A stretch of 64,000 nucleotides of DNA. Origin: Octopus vulgaris. Its lineage: Eukaryota. The stretch spans positions 138,012,001 through 138,076,000 of the forward strand of contig OX597816.1 of the NCBI GenBank assembly GCA_951406725.2, written 5' to 3'. A program made the position numbers and the translations under genes. The notes beneath the pieces are model-generated. The model did not search any database and had not been told where the DNA came from. It saw only the letters and a list, made by a program, of their open reading frames with translations. Numbering within the stretch: the first letter of the stretch is position 1; every line of letters begins with the position of its first letter. Of the stretch, positions 25,400-38,722 are shown piece by piece.

Positions 25400-26600
25400 G
25401 TGATATTTAGATTTATATAATTTCTTCTGATTTACACTGTTATAGGCTGTGTACGGTGGTGTCACAGTTGACGAGGGAAATGTGCACATATGGATGAAAA
25501 AGTTTAAAGAAAGGAAAGAAACATTAATGACAAACGCCTTTGTGGGGATCCATCAACTACGAATGTCGGCACGAATCGCCAACGACGATATTTCGAACTG
25601 ACGAACGAGTCCCAGTCCATGAGTATGCTATACATCTAAGCTCTGGTTACAATACAACACGTAAGAAAGTAGAAGACTTCTGCGATCGGAACTTGCTTGA
25701 AAAGTAGGTACCATAGCAGTTGTCATCAGAGTTGAAGGATACAAATCAGCTGTGATCTATTGCAAGCGTTTGAAACCATTTATTTTTCCGATCTGATGAC
25801 AGGAGATGAAACATGTTAATGAACTCAGTTCATGGAATTGTGACACACTTTTCCCCAAGGTCTAAGATGTCCAAGAGAGCCTGTGATTGGCACAAAAAGT
25901 CGTGGTGACCATTTGAGGTGGTTTGGAGTTGCGTGAAAGTGGCGTCATTCTCCTTGGATCTCTGAAACGTGGCTGTACCGTGAACAGTAAACGGTATATT
26001 GAGACACTTGTAAGGTGGCAAGCTGGCAGAATCATTAGCACACTGGACGAAATGCTTAGCAGTATTTCGTCTGCCGCTACGTTCTGAGTTCAAATTCCGC
26101 CGAGGTCGACTTTGCCTTTCATTCTTTCGGGGTCGATTAAATAAGTACCAGTTACGCACTGGGGTCGATATAATCAACTTAATCCGTTTGTCTGTCCTTG
26201 TCTGTCCTCTCTGTGTTTAGCCCCCTGTGGGTAGTAAAGAAATAGGTATATTGAGACACTACAACAGCTTAGAACCATTATGAAAAAGAGGATGACCAAC
26301 AATTAGAAAATGGCCCACATTCACCATGACAATGCTTCACTACACATATCTTTGGCAACAAATTTGGCAATCAGTAAAATCAAACTGGTCAGTGGTTTCC
26401 TTCATTCGTCGACAGCTTGGATCTGGTGCCTTCCATCTTCCACCTGTTAGGTCCAATGAAGGATAGTCTTCGAGGAGAATGATTTGGTAACACAAACATG
26501 GTGAACTTAGCTGTGAAGAAATGGGTACAACAGTGTACACCGATTTTTTTCTCAAAGAAACTTCGAGAGATGATTTGCACGAAAACACAAATGAATCGCT
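25400..26600 (+). pseudogene. Decayed mariner transposase (HTH plus catalytic domain), SINE-interrupted
   Basis: AVYGGVTVDEGNVHIWMKKFKE (HTH), *VP*QL (WVPxxL), TGDETC (TGDETW), TVNSKRYIETL, HHDNA, DLVPSIFHLLGPMKDSLRG. Confidence 0.85.
26009..26244 (+). mobile_element. SINE family B inserted in the mariner, with a 16-bp TSD
   Basis: GGTATATTGAGACACT at 25993-26008 and 26245-26260; B box gagttcaaattcc. Confidence 0.92.
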
Positions 26601-26801
26601 TGTGATGGAGACCTTTCAATAGTACCTGAGTAGTTCCTTTCAATTAAAGAAGAGATTCTCTAGCAACATATTCAGTTTGAACGACCTATGCCACATTTAA
26701 ATTATTTTCTGTCCAATACTCATTCAAACATCCATCCATCCATCCATCCATCCATCCATCCATCCATCCATCCATCCATCCATCCATCCATCCATCTATC
26801 C

Positions 26802-26871
<70 letters not shown>

Positions 26872-27799
26872 ATCTTTTACGTCAATAATCACAATGAGGC
26901 TACAAAATGGTATTATCTCTAGTTCTGTGTTTTAAGTATTGACAGACTTTTTAATATAAAGACTACCAGTAATATAGACGGCTTTTGAGTACATGACGAT
27001 ATCTTCCTTGTTGCAGACAGAATCAGTGTGACCATGAAACTAATAATCATTTAATGATGAGAACAACACATATCTGTAATTATTTACTTGGTTCTTGGAA
27101 TAATAGGTTCGTTGGAATGATAAATCAAAATACAAGTTATGATTATACTTTTTGAAACTGAATTTTTAGGAGTAAGGCCAGAAGTTTTCCTAGTCCGAAT
27201 ACTTAAAGCAGAAGGGACTCTGCTAAAGAGAACCAAGGGTGATCTGATTGTGTTAAACTGGGCAACAGATTTTCTCTATCCTCCCCAAACGGTTTCAGTC
27301 TTACAGAAAGTATTCTTCACAGTTTCCATCTAATAAATTTCAAAAAACGTTGGTCAATCCTAGGTTAATGCATAAGATATTTAATCCAGTTCCTGTGGAC
27401 CTGAAACTGTTTAGTTTAGAAAAGGGCTTCTTATCGACACTACTCTCCAAAATATCGATATTAACAGTTATATCTTTTAATGGCGATTCCGGCATTTCTT
27501 TGAACAACGAGACGTATCGTTTCAAAATACGAGCCACCAGAGTTCGAATACATGTATTTATTTTATACTTAACAATTAAGCTTATACGGATTACACATAC
27601 TGCAAAATGAGTAATCCAAAACGAGCCCCCACTGGAATCATTATGCTACAAACACTGACTCATATTCAGCAGTCAAATAGCCTATTTCGTATTTATATTT
27701 TGAAATGCGTTAAAAATGATCTTGTGATAATTATAAGCTCCCGAGCGAGTCCTGTGCAAGTTTTTATAAACGGAGGTGTCATATGCATGTAGTATTGTA

Positions 27800-28460
27800 T
27801 GCTTGTATGGTTTTATTTTCCATCATTTCAACCCTACTCACATATCTCACACTTATTCACTCCTTACCTTCTCATCTCTTACTATCCCTCCCCACTCTTC
27901 TCTCATACTCCCCTCACGGTATCTTGACAACCAACTAACACTACTTTTCTCACTTCTTTCACCCTTTCTTCACTTTATTTTCACTCTTTTCACTTTTCTC
28001 TCTCATTTTTCTTCCTCTTTTTCTTCCTCTCATTTTCTCTTCCTCATTCTAAACATACACAACTTCTCCCCGCCCCAACTATCCACAAATACTACCAATA
28101 CATTCTCAAAGTTTCATTCACACCACAAGACCCTTTCGAATGAGCAACAAAGAATCCATGGCTCCATACTTTGAAATGACTAAACATGAACTACTACTGG
28201 AACTTATATACCATGTACAGGAAACTTTTACCACTTCTATACATCACTTTCCTCGAATAATGGAACTGCAACTACAATATCTTTATATATTTAATATTTT
28301 ACTTCTACTTTCATTCTCTTATTTCCCTCTATATTCCATATTTCCTCCTGTTCCATAATAATTCCTTATTTCGGACTCAAATATTTACCTTCGTCTCTGA
28401 TGAAGGGATATGCATAATATCCTAGGAACAGTTGTAAGACTATATCTACATCTTTTTTCT
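27800..28460 (+). mobile_element. Penelope-type 3' terminal region with hammerhead remnant
   Basis: Pyrimidine-rich tract, then GTCT-CTGATGA-AGGGATAT-GCATA-ATATCCTA-GGAAC-AGTT-GTA-AGAC at 28393-28440. Confidence 0.55.
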
Positions 28461-28638
28461 TTATAAATGTCCTGTAAACTCCTCACAGCTTTGGTTTTGT
28501 TCTCTCATTTTTCTAACACACACACACACACACACACATACACAAACACACACACACACACATACACACACGCACACACACACACACACACACGCACGCA
28601 TACACACACGCACACACGCACATACACAGACACATACC

Positions 28639-28699
<61 letters not shown>

Positions 28700-28805
28700 G
28701 CATGCATGCAAATACAAGATCGACATGATACTCCTCACTCGTATCACTATCGAACCAAGAGTTTAACTTAGCGTTACCTGCCGCTCGCTGGGTCTTCTAG
28801 ATACC

Positions 28806-28890
<85 letters not shown>

Positions 28891-29539
28891 AACACTCACA
28901 TGTATGTATATAAACACTCACATGTATGTATATACGTATGTATATATACGTATGTATATACGTACGAATGTATTATTAATATTTAGCATAAGCAACATAG
29001 TGACTCAAGACCCGAGAGTTTCGTACATTTGCACTTGTCAAATTTAGCTACAGGTCGAAAAGCTGTGGTTTATATAGCCAGTCAAAAATTACAATTCCCT
29101 GGATCATTCTAGAGCGAATTTTTAAAGTATTTATATTGTCAAGTGGCTAATTAATATTTTACAAATACATATAAACACATATTTGTGTGTATGTGTGTGT
29201 TCTTGTGTGTGTTCATGTGCGTGTGTGTGTGTGTGTGTTTGCGCGTGCCTTGTGTGTGTGTGCGTGTGTGTTTGCGCGTGCCTTGTGTGTGTGTGCGTGC
29301 GTGTGTGTTTGCGCGTGCCTTGTGTGTGTGTGTGTGTGTGTTTGTGTGTGTGTCTGTGTGTGTGTATTTGTTATCTATACATGTGTATATGTACATACCG
29401 CAAACAAAGTTTATTGAATGTTTTTCACATAGGTTCTAATTTTCTGCGTAGCCGGACTATTTTTCGACTTTTGCGAATACTATTATCGCGTGGTTATTGC
29501 TGAAGCAGTTAGTTCCATAACAAACAGAACCCATAATTA

Positions 29540-30200
29540 CATCTATAACGCTAAACCTATAACACGTCTTTAATATGTGCAGATCATTATCAGTTCGGTA
29601 AAGATATTTTATTTATCATTTATCTTTATGCCAACGTTTACTAGACAGCTGATTTTTACTACTCTACACAATTTCCTTACTCCGTCCATGATCATTAATC
29701 TCGAAGTTGTATATATGCATATATTCTACAGAGATTGTTTTACAATACATACAGAGATTTTTACAATATATACCATCACTATTCTCTTACATTTTGAGTT
29801 AGTTCGCCTTCTGTCTCACGAAACTTTTTATATTTTAATCTTCAGGACCATCCTTTCAACGATTTGCATTGTGTAATGTTTTGGACACTAAGCTATGTCT
29901 CATATGTGGATAATAACAAGATAACATTTCCCTTATAATGTGGATTACTTCGTTGGTGCTAATTTCACAAAATCAAAATGAGTTGTCATATCCAGGTGTT
30001 TTATGATGATCCATGTTTCCCTTGTGAGTCACATATTTTCATGTTATTCCAATTCTTAGATTGGAAAAGCATATCCGTCAAAATGAGAGATAATATGCTT
30101 GTTATTGATCCAAGTGGACTACTCTGGTATTTTGTCATTGTCATTCTTATGTTTTCTGAAAACATAGCAGTGTATGATCATGTGCAGATTAGCAGAATGT
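29540..30200 (-). mobile_element. Heavily decayed R4/Dong-type LINE C-terminus
   Basis: Minus-strand pieces SHFDGYAFPI, CEISTNEVIHII..YYPHMRHSLVSKTLHN and KLCRVVKISCLVNV parallel the protein at 54069-54715. Confidence 0.6.
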
Positions 30201-30471
30201 ATAATTCTGGTCACTAGCCTGGGAATACTTCTCAACCTTAATAATACTACTTTCCTCATGTATGCAAATGAGCAGACTTACCCCATAGATGTAAATCAAT
30301 GCTCATTGGTTAATGCAGTAAGATGGATTATAATGCGATATTCACATGTTGTTCGGATCGATGCCCAGCATCTGTCTCATCGATGAATTAGAAACAATCA
30401 TTGTCATTACAGATGCAGGGATTTCTGTTGATAGTTAATACTTTCATCTAGCATCCAATGAGAAGCCTAAA

Positions 30472-30895
30472 TTTGATTTCAAATTTTGGCACAAGGCCAG
30501 GAAATTTCGGGGAAGTGTTTAACTGATACTTATTTCATCCATCCAAGAACGATGAAAGGCAAAGGTGAACACAGCGAAATTTGAACTCAGAGCATAAAGA
30601 GGGATGAAATGCCGCTAAGCATTTTCCCCCGGCTTGCTAAAGATTGTGCCAGCTACCAGCTTAGAGAAATCTAAATATTGGTTTTAAATTTTGGCACACA
30701 GTCAGCATGTTCGGGGAAAGGGATAAGCCGATTACATCGATCCCAGTACTTAACTGGTACTTATGTTATCGATCGCAAAAGGATGAAAGGCAAATTCGAC
30801 ATGAGCTAAATTTGAACTCAGAAAGAAAAGACGGACGAAATAGTGCAAAGCGTTTTGCGCGGCGTACTAACGATTAAGTCGTCTCACTACCTTAG
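30472..30895 (-). mobile_element. Two tandem diverged SINE family B copies
   Basis: Two runs of aaattttggcaca...gatgaaaggcaaa...tttgaactcag, each ending near cttagaga. Confidence 0.8.
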
Positions 30896-31273
30896 AGAAG
30901 CCTAAATATAGAGATTTGGGGTAGTTAACCTATTGTAGACAACGATTTAGTGTACTCCTAGCGCTCCTAGGAACAAAATTTTTCAAGCAGGTATTTTCGT
31001 CCATCTTTAGGACATCGAAGAATAGACAAGCCATTGATAGACATTTTGGTAGACGTACTTCTAGTTTTCCTCATTTTATAATCAGGTCTGAATATTTTGG
31101 CCCAAATCCTTCAATATATCAATTAATGGTATCGTATTCACTTCAAGACCATTTTCATATCATTCATATTTTGGCAAGTATTTTCAGGAAGAAGCAGTGT
31201 GGCAGTCAAGTTAGTGTTTCTAACTTCCTGTGAGCTAATCTCAACACTTTCAGATTTATACATACACACACAC

Positions 31274-31320
<47 letters not shown>

Positions 31321-31634
31321 TACATACATACATATATATACAAATACACACACTTGTGTGTGTATACATAGATACAGAATTTTCTTTAAACGTTACTAAC
31401 AATCTCAAGCTCTAGCGATACAATAGTTTTGCAGATTTGTATAACATGCGATGTGTCTGCATCATTCTTTGAGGATCAGTGCATACCATTAGACATATTT
31501 GAAAACCAAGACGCTGAACTATGAGAAAACATGCGAAAACTGAAAAAAAAAATCAACAAAAACGCGAAGTTTGACACAGAAAGTGGAACCAGAAAAAAGT
31601 AAGAAAACTGCGATCTCGTTCTCTCTCTCTCTCT

Positions 31635-31674
<40 letters not shown>

Positions 31675-33125
31675 CACACACACACAGTATACTAGATCGT
31701 TCTTGATAATGCAAGGCCTATGTGGACCTTATATCTCTTTGCAGCGAATCACGCAAAGCTTTAAAAGGCTGACAAGAACGTAGTTTGAATAGTTACAGTT
31801 TGAACACAGCACGAAAAGAGCACCACAACACAGAAAAGGTCATTTTATTGTAAAGTACATAGTCCTTACCACATGTTTAACTACTCTCAGACACATTTGA
31901 ATCATTCAAGAACATTGCAGCTCATGCGAGAACAACACAGCACTCTCAGATTACTACTACATCTTTAGAAGACTATAAATATCTGTAGGTAACTGAAAAA
32001 TCTCCAATACACAAGTCTAGTGCATGTAGAAAACGCTACAACAGCACAATAAAACGCTACAACAGTACTACAACGTGGTCTTAACTTTCCTATATCTTCC
32101 ACCTGGTCCAAATCAATACATACAGCTCACAAATAACTGCTACATCAGTAAATTCATCCGTCACAAACACTGTAGTTGGGTGGTTTCTATAAAGCAACAG
32201 AAACGATTGCGGGTCGATCAAGTCTACTTTGTATGTCTTTAACTAAGGTCATCTCTAAAACTCATTAGGGAGTGCCGCTTATACGCGGACACTCGACTTG
32301 CTATACATAGTAATGGAATCTGTCCTGAATTACATCTTATTGAAGTATAAAAATACATTAGAAAATATAGACCTAGATATAGAGAAGGGTAAAGGGTAAA
32401 GGGGTAAAGACCCACTTCGGTCATGAATGACCGTGGGATTGCATCTAGAAAGTGATACTCCGAAGCACAAGTCCGGATAATGTTGTTTATGGATAACCAG
32501 CAGTTACCCATACATACCAGTCTTCTCACTCCACGCCACCGATGTTATCCGAGGGAAACGCAAAGGCCGATACAGCTTTGCACCAGTGACGTCGCAACTC
32601 ATTCCTGAAAGTAAGTGAACTGGAGCAACGTGAAATAAAGTGTCTTGCTCAGTAGCACAACATATAACTCGGTCTGAGAATCGCTTTGTGATCCCAACGC
32701 TTCTGATATAGGAAAAGACGTGTTGATAACGTTTGGGCTGCCTTTGACTGTAACCTTATCTCAGGTGTATCAGGGATGACCTGCAGTTAATCAACAAAAA
32801 CAACAAACAATATTCGAACAGAATAGGGTATATAGAAATTTTATTACGTATACATTATGACTCTACTGTAACTCCTTTGGCAATCCGCAAGGTGTAATGC
32901 ACAGTGTGGTTGTAAACGAAGCGTAGGCCTGGTCTAACATGGGATATCAGTAGTTCATACCAAGTCAATTAACCTAATTTCTGAGTTATAGGTATGCTTG
33001 ATCATAACTGACCCAGGGCTACACAGTAACAGCACATCAACGCACACTTGTCTCTGTGTGCTTTTGTATCTATATAGCTATGTACATATATTAGCATAGT
33101 CCAAGTATCTACATATATGTATATG

Positions 33126-33199
<74 letters not shown>

Positions 33200-33282
33200 T
33201 AAGGGTAGAAATTGATATTAATCAATTAAAATCAGTGGACTAGCATATTTTTTTTAAAATCCGAAGATTAAAAATTTTATAC

Positions 33283-33556
33283 ATACAAAATTTAGAGGAA
33301 TGACCACTAATAGTGGACAGCCTGTATGCTAGAAATAGACGTCAAATTCGCCATTTACCACGAAGAATGTGTTCTCAAGAAAAATTCTGCAAAAAACCAA
33401 AGTGTAAAAATAAGCAAGACAAATGAAAATATACGAAATAAAAAACGTACCTATGTACTTTTTCTTGAGAACACATTCTTCGTGGTAAATGGCGAATTTG
33501 ACGTCTATTTCTAGCATTACAGGCTGTCCACTATTAGTGGTCATTCCTCTAAATTT

Positions 33557-33561
<5 letters not shown>
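33283..33561. repeat. Near-perfect inverted repeat (about 102-bp arms, 74-bp spacer) in an element between (TA)n tracts
   Basis: 33283-33384 is the reverse complement of 33459-33561 except for one indel; the ORF track shows the same peptide on both strands. Confidence 0.95.
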
Positions 33562-33638
<77 letters not shown>

Positions 33639-34375
33639 GAGAGAATATAGATATAGATATATATTTAGATAGATAGATAGATAAATATGCGTATGTGTTT
33701 ATGAACATATGATGTATGTATATATATATACGTGTATGTGTGTGTGTGCGTGCGCGTCAGAATATATATGTGTGTTCATATATAAAATATTCATGGCTGA
33801 AGTGATTCACAATTTAGAGTTATAGAAATCGACAAAGCGCAAAATATCTGCAAATAGCAACAGTTCATACACATTGGTAAATTACTCAGAACAGCCAAAT
33901 TTTTCGAGTGAACTTCACAATTAATATTGGTTCCAACCAGCTACAGGTGTTTTTAATATTTGTTCTATTAAATTACTTCAAAGTTCAGTAGTATTGTGTG
34001 CAGAAGCATAAATTGCAGACAATAAAGGATTCAGTCACGGCAATTGCTGCCGATGGCGTCTAACTTCTTGTTTTCCGCTTAAATTCATTTATATTGTCGA
34101 ATGCTGGCTTTCATTGAACTATTATTGTTTAGAATTTAGTCAGCCTAAAATATGGTTTTCAAAAGGCCTATTCACAGAGTGGAAATGTTCTGAATGCTAT
34201 TAAGTAAAAGATTTATTTTTAAAACTGAATCACAATTTGAGAAAATAATGCATTGATATACGGATACAGTTCATGTTTATACCTCATAAAACAAGCTCGT
34301 GCACACGGACACACAAAGACCACACACACATATATCTAGATGTATGTATGTGCTTGAGAGCATTTACATGTGTGT

Positions 34376-34414
<39 letters not shown>

Positions 34415-34449
34415 ATTATGAGATATATGAATGAATTGTATATACTGCC

Positions 34450-34822
34450 ACCACTTGATAGCTTCCATACTTCAAATTCCGCCTGAGTCGACTTTGCCTT
34501 TCCTCCTTCCTGTGTCGACGAAATGAGAACCAGTTCAGCACTGGGATCAATGAAAGCGGTACACTCCCACTCCTGAACTTGCTAGCTTTGTGAACAAATT
34601 TGAAATCAATATGACATGCAAAGTGGCGAACTGGCAGAATCGTTAGCACACTGGACAAAAAAGCTTAGCAGCATGTTCGTCCGTGTTTCCGTTCTGAGCT
34701 CAAATGCCGTTGGGGTCGAGTTTGCCCTTCATCCTTTCGTGATCGATAAAATTAGTACCTGCAGAGTACTGGGGAGGGGGTCAGTTTAATCGACTATCCT
34801 ACTCCACCAAATTTTAGGCCTG
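34450..34822 (+). mobile_element. Two diverged SINE family B copies
   Basis: ttcaaattccgcctgagtcgactttgcctt and gtggcgaactggcagaatcgttagcac...catcctttcgtgatcgataaa. Confidence 0.8.
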
Positions 34823-34884
34823 TAGATTTTGATGGTCACGAGCAAGACTTGCTAGTCATATAAGATCTCATGACAGTATTTATT

Positions 34885-36090
34885 AATTGAAGAGATAACC
34901 TTCTTCTGCAAAGAAGTGGTAATCAATCTTTATCGAAAGGTACTAGAAATACACGGAAACCCATTCTCCCTGTACATAGAAATTAACTGGAAGAGATATC
35001 TAGATGACTGCTTCATTCTTTGGCATGAAAGTATAGAGAGACTTAAAGAATTTTAAGCACTTCTAAATGGACTTGACATAAACATTCAATTTACGATGGA
35101 ATAATAGCCATAAACAACTTCCATTTCTCGACATCCTCATTAAGAAATGCAACAACAAAATAGAAACAGATATATGCTATAAGCCCACAGACTCCAAGCT
35201 ATATCTACCGTTCAACTTATGCTACTCAAGACACACCAGAATGAATATCCCAGCCAGGCAAAAAGGATTCGTACTATGGTATCTGATACAGGCACAAGGG
35301 ACACACGACTACATGAACTAAAGGATACACTCATCAGCAGGAACTACCCACCATTACTAACTGATGTAGGTTTTCAATATGCCCTACAACTTAACATCCA
35401 CGAACTCAGACAACCCAAACTAAAGAAGGATTTACAACCAAAAGTCCTACCATACGTGTCCGCACACAACCCCCTAAACAACGAGGCCTTCGACACCATC
35501 CTCCAGAACATTCCTTTACTAAAAAGGAACCATAGAATGAATCAAATCCTCCAAACGCACACCACCATAAAGACCAAAAGACAACCCAAGACAATGAAAA
35601 GTCTTCTAATACAAGCCCAAGTACACTCGTCAACAACATTGAAACCGATAGTAAAAAAATGCAGAAGACCTAACTATGGTATATGCGTCAACCTAATTGA
35701 GGGATTGGAGTTCTCCTTCAAACAGGGTCGACGTTTTACAGTGAAAAACAACTTCACATGTGCTTCGGAAATCCTAATATATGTTTTGTAAATATTTGAG
35801 CCTATAAAAATACTGAAGATAACTTGCTCAGGTGTCGAGAGCAATACATTGGTCAAACTAAAAGCTGTCTACGCTGGAGGATGACCATACATAGATCCCA
35901 GATTAAGATACGGGAATACAGAAAATAGCATTAAGTGGACACATCGACATTTGCGCCACTAACGAACAACCCAACTTTAGAGTTTTTACACTCTATAGAT
36001 TCAGGGACAATGCAACCTATAATCAGCACATTAGCAAAGAGTTATACTTTATCGCAAAATATAGACCTCTTTTGAATGCTTCCACCACAG
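34885..36090 (+). mobile_element. Penelope-like element remnant: RT C-terminus, thumb and GIY-YIG endonuclease
   Basis: WKRYLDDCF, IQFTME, LPFLDILI, YKPTDS, CRRPNYGIC, FTCASEILIYVL ... TCSG..EQYIGQTK. Confidence 0.9.
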
Positions 36091-36711
36091 ATAGCACTAC
36101 TACAAGGATCTTAGAATAATACCCACGCAAATATTAAAAATGATAGATATATTAAGAACAGTCGCATGAATTTAGTTAGAAGAGTTCCTACCACTACAAC
36201 TACAACCACAATAGGTAAGTTTTAGGTCACTTGAACATTAAAGATTCCACGAGCAGTCTACTACTGTGTCATACCACTCCCGTGTTTTTCTTTTCTTTCT
36301 TCTCCTTCTTCTTCTCCTCCTCCATCGCCACCTCCTCCTCCATCGCCACCTCCTCCTTCGCCGTCTCCTTGCTCGGCTACTGCTGCTTAAATCAATCAAA
36401 CTTCAGAACCAACATTTCTTTGCACCCAGAAACACTGTCTTCAGATCTGCTACTACCTATCGAGCCTTCACAAAGAGAAAGAGAGACAGAAAAGACGAAA
36501 ATGTCCTAATTATTTGAAGACTATGGAAATATTTACAAAACATTTCATTAATTTTTTCTTCAATTTAATTGGTTTTCCTGTTTTACTCTTAATTGAAAAA
36601 GTCGAAAAGATTGAACATGGTACTAAACTTTACAAAATGCATTTCATGATAAAATTATTTTAGCATTTTCTACCTCGTCTTAGTTTACTTATATATATAA
36701 ATATTTTATCG

Positions 36712-37270
36712 TTATCATTTACTGGTTTGAGCCAGCGGCTGAAACCATGGTGAAGCACCGCCATTCAGTGTGTTTGGGTTTTCTCTCTGTACTGTTTTTG
36801 ATGCAGTTGTGAGCCGGACGGAGCTGCTCTTCTTTGTGCTTGCTGTCATGAAGTGGGTTCATCTGGAATGCCAGATGAAAATTTTTCCAGACGTTCTTTG
36901 AAAACCTCCACATCTATAGAATGAATCAAATCCTCCAAACGCACACCACCAAAAAAACCAAAAGACAACCCAAGACAATGAAAAGTCTTCTAATACAAGC
37001 CCAAGTACACTCGTCAACAACATTGAAACCGATAGTAAAAAAATGTAGAAGACCTAACTATGGTATATGTGTCAACCTAAATGGAGTTCTTGGGCAGAAT
37101 TTTGAAATGTTGCAGACTCTTGAAACCTAAGCCGTTACAGTATTGGATTGTTGTTCTAGAAGGAGGAGGCGGGATATTTGTTACTATGCAGTGCCGTCCA
37201 GTTCGGTGGATGGCATAGCTTTAATTCTAAAGTTGGAATCCAGACCTTCCAGGATTTTCCATATGTATCA
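36712..37270 (-). mobile_element. 3' end of a CR1/L2-like LINE, interrupted by a local duplication at 36916-37080
   Basis: Minus-strand YIWKILEGL..HRTGRHCIV..YCNGLGFKSLQHFKILPK, resuming VEVFKERLEKFSSGIPDEP..QRRAA; clade call is tentative. Confidence 0.7.
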
Positions 37271-37444
37271 CTGCACGTATGTATGTATATATATATATAT
37301 GTGTGGATTTGCGTGGATTCAGTGGACTCCCAGTCGAGTAACGTTACACGAAATATCTGGGTACGTTTATTTAAAAAGCCACAAACACCTGCAATACTAG
37401 CAAGTAAATCTCTATAAGAGATGTAAGTAGTAACTATACTGAGA

Positions 37445-37635
37445 AGTAATGTTTATCGCCACACCAATATGGCTGTTCGACGTTACTACCGTTTTTAAAC
37501 CAAGAACTACAGCTGGTTATCGATGCAATATACCGGATAGAGATTGCATCGATAACCAGCCGAAGGAGTCTCTTACTGGGCTTAAAAACGGTAGTAACGT
37601 CGAATAGTCATATCGATGTGGCATTAAAAATTACA
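37445..37635. repeat. Imperfect fold-back element
   Basis: ttcgacgttactaccgttttta/taaaaacggtagtaacgtcgaa and gctggttatcgatgcaat/attgcatcgataaccagc. Confidence 0.9.
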
Positions 37636-37857
37636 TGTAACAATGTTTTATTTAAAATAAGTGGAACGCATATTTTCCTACTGAAGTAAATATTTGAGCC
37701 TATAAAATACTTATGATAATTTTCTTTTCACCTATTTATTTATATATTATTCATATGAATTTTAAAATTATATATCACATAACCGTTACAATGTTGATAT
37801 ATAATTTGTGTCGTGTAAACTTGTATTGTGTGTAGTCGTTTTTATATTGTATATCAT

Positions 37858-38270
37858 TCTTTCTACTACAGGCTCATGGCGTTGGGATTAGGTAGGAAGG
37901 GTGCTAGTCGATTAAATTGACTCCAGTGCTCAACTGGTACTTATTTTAGCGACCTAAACTGGCGGAAAGACTCAATAGACCCTAGGAAAATTTGGTGTGG
38001 ATTAAATGCCGTTAAGAATTCTTTACGAGCAAAAGTTTCTGTCAGCTCACCGCACCTTCGTCTAAAACAGTTACAAGGCCTGAAATTTTGAGGAAGAAAG
38101 GTAGTCGATTAATGGACCCCAGTGTTCAACTGCTACTTATTTTATCGACCCAGAAAAAATGAAAGGCAAAGTCGACTTCGGCAGAATTTGAACTCAGCAA
38201 AGTCAGAAGAAATGCTGCTAAACATTTTCTCCGGCGTGCTACCGGTACGAGTATTACCTGCTCTCCGCCT
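37858..38270 (-). mobile_element. Two diverged SINE family B copies
   Basis: tagtcgattaa...ccagtg.tcaactg.tacttatttta.cgacc occurs twice. Confidence 0.7.
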
Positions 38271-38689
38271 TTATATTGTATATAATATATTAGCTTGCAA
38301 TAACAGGAAAACTATTTCGACTGCCTCTAACTACTAGAATTTCAGTTTGCCAATAATGATTAGTTCAGATCACTAGAATATGGTGATCACACTGTCAAGC
38401 AGTGTGACAGTACTGTGAGATAAAAGTTTATCAATTGACTCATATCACACACTACTCTATAGATGGGATAGTATAATCGCCATATAAGAACTGTGTTGAA
38501 ATATATACCCTAAATACAATTATTAAACCAACTCAATCGAACAATATTATATATTTTGACCGATGTAACATACGCCATCTTGGATTTTCCTCACGATTTT
38601 TCTTTAGCGTGGAGAAGTGTAAAATTATTTATCAAATACTCTTGGGAAGACATTGCTATTTTAACGCATAAACGCGCATACATACATGC

Positions 38690-38722
<33 letters not shown>

